Of a stretch of 64,000 nucleotides of DNA, positions 20,787 to 31,156 are shown piece by piece. The position numbers and the translations under genes were made by a program. The stretch's first letter is position 1. Each line of letters opens with the position of its first letter. The notes beneath the pieces were generated by a model. That model saw only the letters and a program-made list of their open reading frames with translations, did not search any database and was not told where the DNA came from. This DNA comes from an uncultured Gammaproteobacteria bacterium (GTDB taxonomy: Bacteria; Pseudomonadota; Gammaproteobacteria; CAVZZX01): the NCBI GenBank assembly GCA_963779865.1, contig CAVZZX010000004.1:42661-106660 (forward strand). The letters run 5' to 3'.

Positions 20787-21809
20787 TCACAAATAGTCAT
20801 TTATCAACATCTCGGCGATTTGGACGCTGTTCAGCGCCGCCCCCTTGCGGACGTTATCGGCGACGACCCAGAGATTCAGCCCGCGCGGATGGGTGATGTC
20901 CTCACGGATGCGGCCCACGTAGACGGGGTCGTGATTCGCCCCCTCGGTCACGGCGGTGGGGTAGCCCCCGTCTTCGTGCCGATCCAGCACCTCGATGCCC
21001 TTGGCCTTGGCCAGGACCGCGCGCGCCTGCTCGGCGGTGATCTTCTCGCGGGTCTCGATGTGCACCGCCTCGGAGTGTCCGTAGAACACCGGCACACGCA
21101 CGGCCGTCGGGTTTACGAGGATATCGGCGTCCTCGAAGATTTTCTGTGTCTCCCATACCATTTTCATTTCTTCCTTGGTGTACCCATTGTCCTGGAAGAC
21201 GTCGATCTGCGGGAGCGCGTTGAAGGCGATCTGCTTGGGGTAGACCTTGGGGTCGATCGGCTTGCCATTGAGCAGCTGGGCGGTCTGGGTGGCGAGTTCC
21301 TCGATCGCCTCCTTGCCGGTGCCCGACACCGCCTGGTAGGTGGCCACATTGATGCGGGTGATGCCCACCGCATCGTAGATCGGCTTGAGCGCGACCAGCA
21401 TCTGGATGGTCGAGCAATTCGGGTTGGCGATGATGTTGCGCGTGGTGTAGCCGGCGATGGCCTGCGGGTTGACCTCCGGCACGACCAGCGGCACGTCCTC
21501 GTCGTAGCGAAAATGCGAGGTGTTGTCGATGACCACGCAGCCGGCCGCCGCCGCCTTCGGCGCGTATTCGGCCGATACCGAACCGCCCGCCGAGAACAGC
21601 CCGATCTGCACCTGCGAGAAATCGAACTCCGCCAGGTCGTGCACACGCACCTTGCGGCCGCGGAACAGGACCTCGCTGCCGGCCGAGCGGCTGCTCGCCA
21701 GGGGATAGAGATTGCCCACCGGGAAGTTGCGCGACTCCAGGATCGACATCATGGTTTCGCCCACGGCGCCGGTGGCGCCGACAACTGCAACGTCGAATTC
21801 TTTGGCCAT
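20787..21809 (-). CDS. asd: Aspartate-semialdehyde dehydrogenase
   Basis: VGATGAVG, ANPNCST, TYQAVSG, WVVADNVRKGAALN. Confidence 0.97.
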   Translation of the reverse strand: MAKEFDVAVVGATGAVGETMMSILESRNFPVGNLYPLASSRSAGSEVLFRGRKVRVHDLAEFDFSQVQIGLFSAGGSVSAEYAPKAAAAGCVVIDNTSHFRYDEDVPLVVPEVNPQAIAGYTTRNIIANPNCSTIQMLVALKPIYDAVGITRINVATYQAVSGTGKEAIEELATQTAQLLNGKPIDPKVYPKQIAFNALPQIDVFQDNGYTKEEMKMVWETQKIFEDADILVNPTAVRVPVFYGHSEAVHIETREKITAEQARAVLAKAKGIEVLDRHEDGGYPTAVTEGANHDPVYVGRIREDITHPRGLNLWVVADNVRKGAALNSVQIAEMLINDYL

Positions 21810-21845
21810 CTGGTCTCTCCTTTGAAAGCGTCGGTTGGGGCCGCC

Positions 21846-22927
21846 TCAGTCGGCCAATGCCGCCGCGATGGCATCGCCCATCGCCGCGGTGCCTACGCGC
21901 GTGAGGCCGCTCGTGTGGATGTCCGCCGTGCGCAGGCCCTGGTCGAGCACCCGATGCACGGCGCGCTCCACGCGCGCTGCGAGGTCCGCCTCGTCCAGCG
22001 AGTAGCGCAGCATCATCGCCACGGACAGGATGGTGGCGAGGGGGTTGGCCAGGTCCTGCCCGGCGATGTCCGGCGCCGAGCCGTGAATCGGCTCGTACAT
22101 GCCTTTGCCCTGCTCGTCCAGCGAGGCCGAGGGCAGCATGCCGATGGAGCCGGTCAGCATGGCCGCCGCGTCGGAGAGGATGTCGCCGAACATGTTGGTG
22201 GTCACCAGCACGTCGAACTGTTTGGGCGCACGCACCAGCTGCATGGCCGCGTTGTCGACGTACATGTGGCTGAGCTCGATCCGCGGGTACTCGCGGGCAA
22301 GACCGCTCATCACCTCGCGCCACAGCTCGGTGCACTCCAGCACATTCGCCTTGTCCACGGAGCACACCCGGCCGCCGCGCCTGGCGGCGATGTCGAAGGC
22401 CACACGGCCGATGCGGCGGATCTCGGACTCGCGGTAGACCAGCGTGTTGAAGCCCTCGCGCTCGCCGTTCTCCAGCGTACGCACGCCGCGCGGCTGGCCG
22501 AAATAGATGCCGCCGGTGAGCTCGCGCACGATCATGATGTCCAGCCCCGACACCACCTCCGGACGCAGGCTGGAGGCATCCGCCAGTTGCGGATAGAGCA
22601 GGGCCGGACGCAGGTTGGCGAACAGGCCGAGCTCGCTGCGCAAGCCGAGCAGGCCCTTTTCCGGGCGCACGCGCGATATCGAGCGACTCCCATTTCGGGC
22701 CGCCCACCGCGCCGAGCAGCAGGGCGTCGCGCCGCGCGGGCCCGGCTCAGGGTGGTCGCCGGCAACGGATGGCCGTCGGCGTCGTAGGCCGCCCCGCCCA
22801 CCAGAGCCTCGTCCCAGTCCACGGCGAGGCCGAAATCCTCGCGCAGGCGCGCGAGCACCTTCACCGCTTGGGCCACGATCTCCGGGCCGATCCCGTCCCC
22901 GGGCAGAATCAGTATCTTTTTCGTCAT
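21846..22927 (-). pseudogene. leuB: 3-isopropylmalate dehydrogenase split by two +1 frameshifts (near 22730 and 22671); may be sequencing artefacts
   Basis: [10 protein letters not shown] (frame A), [13 protein letters not shown] (frame B), RPEKGLL...[10 protein letters not shown] (frame C) together rebuild one full LeuB. Confidence 0.9.
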
Positions 22928-22946
22928 CGTATTCCGCTCGTTCTCC

Positions 22947-23598
22947 TCAGCCGCCTGTTTCGCCGAACAGCCACGGCGCCTGCGCGCGGCGCCGCTGCTC
23001 GTAGGCGCGGATGTCCTCGGCGTGCTGCAGGGTCAGGCCGATGTCGTCCAGGCCCTCGAGCAGGCGGCGCTTGCGGAAGGCATCGATGTCGAAGGGCAGC
23101 GGCCGCCCGTCGGGGCGCGTCACCGTCTGCGCCTGGAGATCGACGCTGAGCCGATAGCCCTCCTCGGCCGCCTGCCCGGCGAACAGCTCCTCGACCACCG
23201 CCTCGTCGAGCACGATCGGCAGGATGCCGTTCTTGAAGCAGTTGTTGAAGAAGATGTCGGCAAAGCTCGGGGCGATGATTACCCGAAAACCGTGCGTCCA
23301 GCAGCGCCCAGGGCGCGTGCTCGCGGCTGGAGCCGCAGCCGAAGTTGCGGCGCGCGAGCAGGATGCTCGCCCCCTGGTAGCGCGGCTGGTTGAGCACGAA
23401 GTCCGGGTTGAGCGGACGCGTGCTGTTGTCCATGCCCGGCTCGCCCTGATCGAGATAGCGCCAGGCGTCGAACAGGTTCGGCCCGAAGCCGGTGCGCTTG
23501 ATCGACTTGAGGAACTGCTTGGGAATGATGGCGTCGGTATCGACGTTGGCGCGATCGATCGGCGCCACGATTCCCGTCAGGCTGGTGAACTTTTCCAT
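22947..23598 (-). pseudogene. leuD: Isopropylmalate isomerase small subunit with one +1 frameshift (near 23293)
   Basis: [30 protein letters not shown], then the frame shifts to [22 protein letters not shown]...GLDDIGLTL. Confidence 0.9.
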
Positions 23599-23670
23599 GC
23601 TGGATTCCCGACACTCAGGTGTGATGCAGCAATTCGCGTTCCAGGCGCGGGCGCCGAAACGCCAAGCGGC

Positions 23671-25084
23671 TCACAGATTCTCGACTTGGCTCACGTCGAC
23701 GAAGTGGCCCGCGACCGCCGCGGCCGCCGCCATCGCAGGGCTGACCAGGTGCGTGCGCCCGCCGGCACCCTGCCGCCCCTCGAAGTTGCGGTTGGAGGTG
23801 GACGCGCAGCGCTCGCCCGGCTCCAGGCGATCGGCGTTCATCGCCAGGCACATCGAGCAGCCGGGCTCGCGCCATTCGAAGCCCGCCTCGATGAACACGC
23901 GGTCGAGCCCCTCCTCCTCGGCCTGGCGCTTCACCAGGCCGGAGCCGGGGACCACCATGGCCAGCTTGATGCTGTCCGCCACGTGGCGCCCGCGCACCAC
24001 CGCCGCCGCCGCGCGCAGGTCTTCGATGCGCGAGTTGGTGCACGAGCCGATGAACACCTTGTCCGGGCGGATCGCCGCGATGGGCGTGTTCGGCGCCAGG
24101 TCCATGTAGCGCAGCGCCGCCTCGATGCCCTCGCGTCGCACCGGGTCGGTCTCGGCGGCCGGGTCCGGCACCGTCGCGTCCACCGCGACCACCATCTCCG
24201 GGGACGTCCCCCAGGTGACCTGGGGGCGGATGTGCGCGGCATCGATGCGCACCACGCGATCGAAGCGGGCCCCCGCATCGGAGTGCAGCTCGCGCCAGGC
24301 GGCGACGGCCTGCTCCCACACGGCCCCGGAAGGGGCAAAGGGGCGGCCGCGCAGATAGTCGACCGTGGCCTCGTCCACCGCCACCATTCCGGCGCGGGCG
24401 CCGGCCTCGATGGCCATGTTGCACAGCGTCATGCGCCCTTCCATGGACAGCGCGCGAATCGCCTCGCCGGCGAATTCGATGGCGTAGCCGGTGCCGCCGG
24501 CGGTGCCGATCTCGCCGATGACGGCCAGCACGATGTCCTTGGCGGTCACCCCGGGGCCTGCCCGAGCCGTCGACCTGGACCAGCAGGTTGGCCGATTTCT
24601 TGAGCACCAGCGTCTGCGTGGCGAGCACGTGCTCGACCTCCGAGGTGCCGATGCCGAAGGCCAGCGCCCCGAAGGCGCCGTGGGTGGAGGTGTGGGAGTC
24701 GCCGCACACCACCGTCATTCCCGGCAGGGTGGCGCCCTCCTCGGGGCCGACCACGTGCACGATGCCCTGGCGCACGTCGCCCATCTTGAATTCGGTGATC
24801 CCGAACTCGGCGCAGTTGGCGTCGAGGGTCTCCACCTGGAGTCGCGACACCGGGTCGGCGATGCCGGCGCTGCGATCGGTGGTCGGCACGTTATGGTCGG
24901 CCGTGGCCAGCGCCGCATCCACGCGCCAGGGCCCGCGGCCGGCCAGGCGCAGGCCCTCGAAGGCCTGCGGCGAGGTCACCTCGTGCACCAGGTGCCGGTC
25001 GATGTAGATCAGGGAGGTGCCGTCGTCGAAGTCGCGCACTACGTGCGCGTCCCAGAGCTTGTCGTAGAGGGTCTTGCCGGCCAT
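23671..25084 (-). pseudogene. leuC: Isopropylmalate isomerase large subunit with one +1 frameshift (near 24566)
   Basis: [28 protein letters not shown], then the frame shifts to [39 protein letters not shown]. Confidence 0.92.
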
Positions 25085-25110
25085 GGTCCGCTTTTCCGTC
25101 AAAGCCTTTC

Positions 25111-25139
25111 ATCCTACTCAATGCGCGCGCGGCTGTCAG
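25111..25139 (-). promoter_or_regulatory. Putative sigma70 promoter of leuCDB
   Basis: CTGACA-17 nt-TAGGAT upstream of the leuC ATG. Confidence 0.5.
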
Positions 25140-25159
25140 CCAGCGCGATGCGAGCGGGT

Positions 25160-26332
25160 TCAGAAGCCCAGGTACACCCCGGCCCCGACGTAGCTGATCT
25201 CCTGCCGGTAGAACTGGCCGTGCGGCGCATGGCCCTCGTAGAGCTCGGCCATCAGGCGCAGCCGGCGGCGGCCGGGCTGCGCCGCCCCGAACTCGAGGCC
25301 GAACTTCACGCTGCTGTCCACGGCCCAGTCGTGCTCCTGCCAGCTCTTGAAATCCGCGCCGCCCACCAGACGGCCCTCTCGCCACAGGGCCGCCCGGCCA
25401 TGGTACTCCACCCCGGCGTGCCAGCCCGCCGGCTTGAGATCGGGCGGATCGTGATGAAACAGGTACTCGCCGCCTGCATACAGGCGCCAGGGCAGGAGCT
25501 GGCGCGAGTACAGCAACTCGACCGACTCGAAGCTCAGGTTCACGCGCTCGGGGTGGACGCGCAGCAGAAACTCATCGCCCAGGTGCGAGCTCTGATGATA
25601 GACACGCAGGCGCCAGGCACTCGCGCCGTGCCGATAGGTGAGCGGAAAGCCGATCATGTAATCGGCATTCACCAGGTCGCTGGAGGGGGCACTCAGGTCG
25701 AACTGGGCGAACAGGCCGCCGGCGACGCTCAGCTGCAGCCCGTCGCCCGGGTGCTGCCCCGCCTGCCGATACAGCCCGAAGGTTTCGCCGTAACCGACCG
25801 CCGCGGTGCTCACGTTCTCGCCCGCCGTGTTGTAGTAACGGCTGCTGACAAAGAACTGCGGCTGCTTGGGATCGGCGAGCAGTGGCCAGAACAGGTCGCC
25901 CACGGGGAAGGGGATGGTCTCGGGGCTCAGCCCCAGTACGCTGTAGACGTCCCCGCCCAGGCCCTCCGGCGTCGTGTCCGGCGCGGGCGCGGCGCCGGGC
26001 TCGAGGAGTTGGACGCCCTGCAGACCGGCCACGCCCGGCAACTCGGCCGCGAGACGCAGGCGCCGTGCCTCGCGCTCTGCCTGCGGACCGAGCAGGGCAA
26101 GGTACGCCATTCCGTCCTCGACGCGAAGCCGGTAGCTGCCGTGCTCCCATCCCCACTCGCGCTCCAGGATGGCGCTGAGCTGCCCGGCCACGTAGGCGTC
26201 CCGCGCGCTGCCATAGGCCACTGACGGTGCGGACGCCGGCACCGACACCGGCGCGGCAGGCGGAGCCGCCACCGCCGGCGCCGCCAGCGCCGCCAGCAGC
26301 AGAGCGGGCAGGGCCATGCCCCAACGCCTCAC
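25160..26332 (-). CDS. DUF1207-type exported / outer-membrane protein
   Basis: Signal peptide, PLLADPKQPQF, NADY, YHQSSHLGDEF, C-terminal GVYLGF. Start 26332 (GTG) or 26317. Confidence 0.75.
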   Translation of the reverse strand: MRRWGMALPALLLAALAAPAVAAPPAAPVSVPASAPSVAYGSARDAYVAGQLSAILEREWGWEHGSYRLRVEDGMAYLALLGPQAEREARRLRLAAELPGVAGLQGVQLLEPGAAPAPDTTPEGLGGDVYSVLGLSPETIPFPVGDLFWPLLADPKQPQFFVSSRYYNTAGENVSTAAVGYGETFGLYRQAGQHPGDGLQLSVAGGLFAQFDLSAPSSDLVNADYMIGFPLTYRHGASAWRLRVYHQSSHLGDEFLLRVHPERVNLSFESVELLYSRQLLPWRLYAGGEYLFHHDPPDLKPAGWHAGVEYHGRAALWREGRLVGGADFKSWQEHDWAVDSSVKFGLEFGAAQPGRRRLRLMAELYEGHAPHGQFYRQEISYVGAGVYLGF

Positions 26333-27486
26333 GCCGCCTCCCGGGGGAGATAGCGCCAGGCGAGCGCCGCGCCCAGTGCGGCCAGCCCGCCGGCCGTCAT
26401 ATACGTAAGGGTGCTGCCCAGCGTCTCCCAGGCCAGGCCGCTGTAGAGGCTGCCGAGCGCCCCGCCGGCGCCGAAGCTGAGGCTGCTGTAGAGTGCCTGC
26501 CCGCGCCCCTGGTGGGGCCCGGTGAAGTAGTGGTGGATGAGCTGGATCGCCGCCGCGTGATAGACGCCGAAGGTGGCCGCGTGCAGGGTCTGCGCGAACA
26601 GCAGGGGGAGCAGCTGCTCCGGCAACAGGGCGATGAGCACCCAGCGCACGGCCGCCAGCAGCAGGCTGGCGATCATCAGCCGCCGCAGCCCATAGCGCGG
26701 CACCAGCCGGTGCATGAGCGTGAACACCCCTACCTCGGCCACCACGCCCAGCGCCCACAGCTGGCCGATGGCGCTGCCCGAGTAGCCGTGGTCCTGCAGG
26801 TAGATGGTGAAGAAGGTGTAGTAAGGCCCGTGGCTCGCCTGCATCAGGAAGCAGACCAGCAGCAGGGCGATCACCGCGGGCCGCGACAGCACGCGGCGCA
26901 GCGGGCGGTGCTCCAGGGGCAGGAAGCCCGCCGCCCGCTCGGGCACCAGCAGGCTGGCGAGCCAGATGCCGGCCACCAGTGTGATCAGCACCCAGGGCAA
27001 GAGACCGGGCCCGGTGCGGTCGAACAGCGCCCCCAGACCGGCGACGCTGAGGATAAAGCCCACCGATCCCCACAGGCGGATCCTGCTGTAGCGATGCGCC
27101 TGGTCGCCCAGATGGTTGAAGGTGTTGGCCTCGAACTGCGGCAGGGCGGCATTCCAGAAGAAGCTGTAGACCAGCATCACCCCGACCAGGGGCCAGTAGT
27201 GTTGGGCCACGAACACGCCGCAGAAGGCGGCCATCGCCAGCAGCGTGCCGATGCGCACGATGGCCATGCGCCGGCCCGTATGGTCGGCGATCCAGCCCCA
27301 CAGGTTGGGCGACACCACCTTGGTGGCCATGATGACCGACATCATCTGGCCGATCTGAAGGGCGCTGTAGCCCTGTGCCTTGAGATAGAGCCCCCAGTAG
27401 GGCAGCAGCGCACCGAGGCTGGCGAAATAGAACAGGTAGAAACCCGACAGGCGCCAGTAGGGCGTGGCGCGCGCGACGGCGGGCAT
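26329..27486 (-). CDS. MFS transporter (MFS_1-like, HcaT/PPP family)
   Basis: About 12 transmembrane helices, WGWIADHTGRR, YSRIRLWGSVGF; follows aroC as in pseudomonads. Confidence 0.88.
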   Translation of the reverse strand: MPAVARATPYWRLSGFYLFYFASLGALLPYWGLYLKAQGYSALQIGQMMSVIMATKVVSPNLWGWIADHTGRRMAIVRIGTLLAMAAFCGVFVAQHYWPLVGVMLVYSFFWNAALPQFEANTFNHLGDQAHRYSRIRLWGSVGFILSVAGLGALFDRTGPGLLPWVLITLVAGIWLASLLVPERAAGFLPLEHRPLRRVLSRPAVIALLLVCFLMQASHGPYYTFFTIYLQDHGYSGSAIGQLWALGVVAEVGVFTLMHRLVPRYGLRRLMIASLLLAAVRWVLIALLPEQLLPLLFAQTLHAATFGVYHAAAIQLIHHYFTGPHQGRGQALYSSLSFGAGGALGSLYSGLAWETLGSTLTYMTAGGLAALGAALAWRYLPREAA

Positions 27487-27542
27487 GGGTCAGGACAACG
27501 AGCGCGAGGCGCCGTGCCTGCCCGCGCGGCCGGGCCGCCACC

Positions 27543-28646
27543 TCATCGCGGCGCGTGCGCCGGGATCACCGGCGTGTCGCACGCCACGTCGGGGTTCTGC
27601 GCACGCTGACGCAGCACGTGATCCATCAGCACGATGGCCGTCATCGCCTCGGCGATGGGGGTCGCGCGGATGCCGACGCAGGGGTCGTGCCGACCCTTCG
27701 TGACCACCTGCGCGGGCGCGCCGCGCAGGTCCACGCTGCGCCCGGGCAGCCGGATGCTGGAGGTCGGCTTCAGGGCGATGGAGGCGAGGATGTCCTGCCC
27801 CGAGGAGATGCCGCCGAGCACCCCCCCGGCGTTGTTGCTCAGAAAGCCCTCCGGCGTCATCTCGTCGCGGTGCTCGCTGCCCTTCTGCTCGACGCTGGCA
27901 AAACCTGCGCCGATCTCCACCGCCTTGACCGCGTTGATGCTCATCAGCGCGTGGGCAAGGTCGGCGTCCAGCCGATCGAAGATCGGCTCGCCCAGCCCCG
28001 GCGGCACCCCGCTGGCCACGACGTTGATGCGCGCACCGACCGAATTGCCCTCCTTGCGCAGGGCGTCCATGTAGGCCTCGAGCTCCGCGAGCTTCGCCGC
28101 GTCCGGGAAGAAGAAGGGATTGCGCTCGACCTCCTCCCAGTCGAAGGCATGGTGGCGGATCGGCCCCAGCTGGGACATGTAGCCGCGCACCTGGATGCCG
28201 TAGCGCTGCGCCAGGTACTTCTTGGCCACCGCGCCGGCGGCCACCCGCATGGCGGTCTCGCGGGCCGAGGAGCGCCCGCCGCCGCGATAGTCGCGAAGGC
28301 CGTACTTGTGCCGGTAGGTGTAGTCGGCATGGCCGGGCCGAAACACCTCGCGGATATCGGAGTAATCCTTCGAGCGCTGATCGGTGTTATGGATGAGCAG
28401 GCAGATCGGCGTGCCGGTGGTGCGCCCCTCGAACACCCCGGAGAGGATCTGCACCGCATCGGCCTCGCGTCGCTGCGAGGTGTGCCGGGACTTGCCGGTC
28501 TTGCGCCGCTCAACGTCCGCCATCAGGTCCTCGGCGCAGAGCGCCAGGCCGGGCGGGCAGCCGTCGATGACGCAGCCGATGGCCGGCCCGTGGCTCTCGC
28601 CGAAGCTGGTCACCGAGAAGAGCTTGCCGATGGTATTTCCTGCCAT
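27543..28646 (-). CDS. aroC: Chorismate synthase
   Basis: [41 protein letters not shown]. Start MAGNT at 28646. Confidence 0.97.
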   Translation of the reverse strand: MAGNTIGKLFSVTSFGESHGPAIGCVIDGCPPGLALCAEDLMADVERRKTGKSRHTSQRREADAVQILSGVFEGRTTGTPICLLIHNTDQRSKDYSDIREVFRPGHADYTYRHKYGLRDYRGGGRSSARETAMRVAAGAVAKKYLAQRYGIQVRGYMSQLGPIRHHAFDWEEVERNPFFFPDAAKLAELEAYMDALRKEGNSVGARINVVASGVPPGLGEPIFDRLDADLAHALMSINAVKAVEIGAGFASVEQKGSEHRDEMTPEGFLSNNAGGVLGGISSGQDILASIALKPTSSIRLPGRSVDLRGAPAQVVTKGRHDPCVGIRATPIAEAMTAIVLMDHVLRQRAQNPDVACDTPVIPAHAPR

Positions 28647-28774
28647 GGCCGCGTATTCTACCGGCAAACGCACCCCGCGTCGCCGGGCAAATCCCGGCGG
28701 GTGCGAAAACAGACCGACATAACTAGATAAAAGAAGCCGGCCGCCGTGCGACACGCGGCCCCGGCTCGTGGCCG

Positions 28775-31156
28775 ATGCTCCCCGACCAGACCAAGGCCCT
28801 TACGCTCGTCGGCTTTGCTGCCGTGATCGCCCTGATGCTGGCCCTCACCTGGGTCGGCGTCTCGCGCATTGACGCCAGCGTCAAGCGCACCGAAGACATC
28901 GTCCACCAGAACAAACAGAAGACCGAGCTGGTCACGCGCATGCGCACGGCCGCCGGCGAACGCACCCTCAGCCTGCAGAAGATGCTCCTGCAGCCCGACC
29001 TGTTCGCCCGCAACGACGAATGGACGCGCTTCAACGCCGCGGCGGCCGAGTTCGGCGCCGCCCGCCGCCGGCTGCTGCGGCTGCGGCTCTCGCCGCAGGA
29101 GCGCACCCTCCTGCGACATCAGGCGCAGCTCGCCCGGGAGAACATCCCCGTCCAGGAGCAAGTCGCCCAGCTGGCGCTCGCAGGCCAGAGCGAGCAGGCC
29201 AGTGCGCTGCTCATGCAGCGGGCGCTGCCCGGCCAGGAGCGGGTGTTCCAGACCCTCTCCGCGCTGTACACCTCGCTGAACACCGACGCCGAACGCATCC
29301 TGCGTTCCGCCGAGCAGGACTACCGCAGCGCCATCACCTGGATGTGGCTGCTCGCCGCCGGCGGCATCCTGCTGAGCATTGCCGTGGCGGCGGCGATCAC
29401 CCGCCGCATCACGCGCACCGAGCAGCGTCTGGTCGACGAGAAGGAACGCGCCGAGATCACCCTGCATTCGATCGGCGACGGCGTGGTGACCACCGATGCC
29501 AGCGGCTGCATCGAGGCGATCAACACCATGGCCGCACGGCTGACCGCCTGGACGGCGGAGGCGGCGCGCGGCCGGCCGCTGGACAGCGTGCTGCAGCTGC
29601 TCGACGCCGAGGGCGCGCCCTGCGAGGTGCTCCGCCCGGTGCTGGGCAGCGGCCGCACCGTGCGCGCCCGCGAGGAACAGACCCTGGTGACACGCGGCGG
29701 CCGCGAATACGCCGTGGAGCTCATCGCGTCGCCCGTCGTCGAACCGCGTTCGCGGCGCGTGCGCGGCGCGGTGGTGGTGTTCCGGGACGTCACCGAGATG
29801 CGCGCACTGGCCCACCAGCTTGCCTATCAGGCTTCTCACGACGGGCTCACCGGGCTGCCCAATCGCCAGGAATTCGAAACCCAGCTGCAAAAGGTCCTCA
29901 ACGCGGTGCGCCGCCAGCCGCAGGACACCCGCTGGGTGTGCTACCTCGACCTGGATCAGTTCAAGGTGGTCAACGACACCTGCGGCCATATGGCCGGCGA
30001 CGAACTGCTCAAGCAGGTGGCCGAACACCTCAAGCGCACCCTGCACGAGGCCGACCGCGTGGCGCGCCTGGGCGGCGACGAATTCGGTGTGCTGCTGGGG
30101 CATTGCGAACAGGCTGCGGCGCAGGCCACCGTCGAACGACTGCGCCACGGCCTGGAGGGGCTGCGCTTCGCCTGGGACAACAAGAGCTTCCCCTGCACCG
30201 CCAGCATGGGGCTGGTGCCCATCACCGCGTCCAGCGGCACCCTCTACGACCTGCTCAGTGCCGCCGACACGGCCTGCTACATCGCCAAGGATGAAGGCCG
30301 CAACCGGGTGCACGTGTATCGGCGCGACGACGACACGCAGGCACGCCACGAGGGCGAGATGCAGTGGGTACATCGCATCAACCGGGCCCTCGAGGAGGAT
30401 CGGTTCGTTCTCTACTATCAGGACATTGTCGCCCTGGAGGGGACCGATGCGCGGCTGCGCTGTGAGCTGCTGCTGCGCATGCGGGGGGAGAACGGCGAGG
30501 TGATCGCGCCCATGGCCTTCATCCCGGCCGCGGAGCGCTACAACCTGATGACGGCCATCGACCGGTGGGTGGTACGCAAGGCGCTGCAGTCCTTCGAGCA
30601 GGTGTGCCGGATCAGCGGACCGGGGCGCTGCGCCTTCACCATCAATCTGTCCGGACAGTCGCTGTGCGACGATCAGTTTCTCGCCATGATTCTCGCGCTG
30701 CTGGACGACTCGCCGCTGGAGCCGGCGCGGATCTGCTTCGAGATCACCGAAACCGCCGCGATCGCCAACCTCTCGCGCGCCACCGCATTCATCGAGGCCC
30801 TCAAGGCACGCGGCTGCCGCTTCGCGCTGGACGACTTCGGCAGCGGCCTCAGCTCGTTTGGCTATCTCAAGAGTCTGCCGGTGGACTTCCTCAAGATCGA
30901 AGGCAGCTTCGTGCGCGACATCCGCCACGATCCCATGGACCGCGCGCTGGTGGAGTCCATCAATCAGATCGGGCACGTGCTGGGCGTGGAGACGATTGCC
31001 GAGTACGTGACCGACGCGGCCACGCTCGACATCCTGCGGCACATCGGGGTGGACTATGTGCAGGGCGATGCGCTGGGGCGCCCGGCGCCGCTCGAAGAGC
31101 TGCTCCGCCAGGTCAGACAGGAGGCGCTCGCACCGCGCGCCGAGCCGCTCAGATGA
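28775..31156 (+). CDS. Membrane-anchored sensor-PAS-GGDEF-EAL protein
   Basis: Two transmembrane segments flanking a helical periplasmic domain, PAS ([12 protein letters not shown]), DLDQFK..ND, intact GGDEF, ELLLR, DDFGSG, KIEGSFV. Confidence 0.92.
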   Translation: MLPDQTKALTLVGFAAVIALMLALTWVGVSRIDASVKRTEDIVHQNKQKTELVTRMRTAAGERTLSLQKMLLQPDLFARNDEWTRFNAAAAEFGAARRRLLRLRLSPQERTLLRHQAQLARENIPVQEQVAQLALAGQSEQASALLMQRALPGQERVFQTLSALYTSLNTDAERILRSAEQDYRSAITWMWLLAAGGILLSIAVAAAITRRITRTEQRLVDEKERAEITLHSIGDGVVTTDASGCIEAINTMAARLTAWTAEAARGRPLDSVLQLLDAEGAPCEVLRPVLGSGRTVRAREEQTLVTRGGREYAVELIASPVVEPRSRRVRGAVVVFRDVTEMRALAHQLAYQASHDGLTGLPNRQEFETQLQKVLNAVRRQPQDTRWVCYLDLDQFKVVNDTCGHMAGDELLKQVAEHLKRTLHEADRVARLGGDEFGVLLGHCEQAAAQATVERLRHGLEGLRFAWDNKSFPCTASMGLVPITASSGTLYDLLSAADTACYIAKDEGRNRVHVYRRDDDTQARHEGEMQWVHRINRALEEDRFVLYYQDIVALEGTDARLRCELLLRMRGENGEVIAPMAFIPAAERYNLMTAIDRWVVRKALQSFEQVCRISGPGRCAFTINLSGQSLCDDQFLAMILALLDDSPLEPARICFEITETAAIANLSRATAFIEALKARGCRFALDDFGSGLSSFGYLKSLPVDFLKIEGSFVRDIRHDPMDRALVESINQIGHVLGVETIAEYVTDAATLDILRHIGVDYVQGDALGRPAPLEELLRQVRQEALAPRAEPLR

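Noticed and set aside
23599-23670. Possible small gene (entericidin-like) between leuC and leuD
   Set aside because: The gap is only about 70 bp, with no plausible start or lipoprotein signal.
25085-25160. Possible leu attenuator or leader peptide
   Set aside because: There is no Leu-rich mini-ORF or terminator; only a simple promoter is visible.
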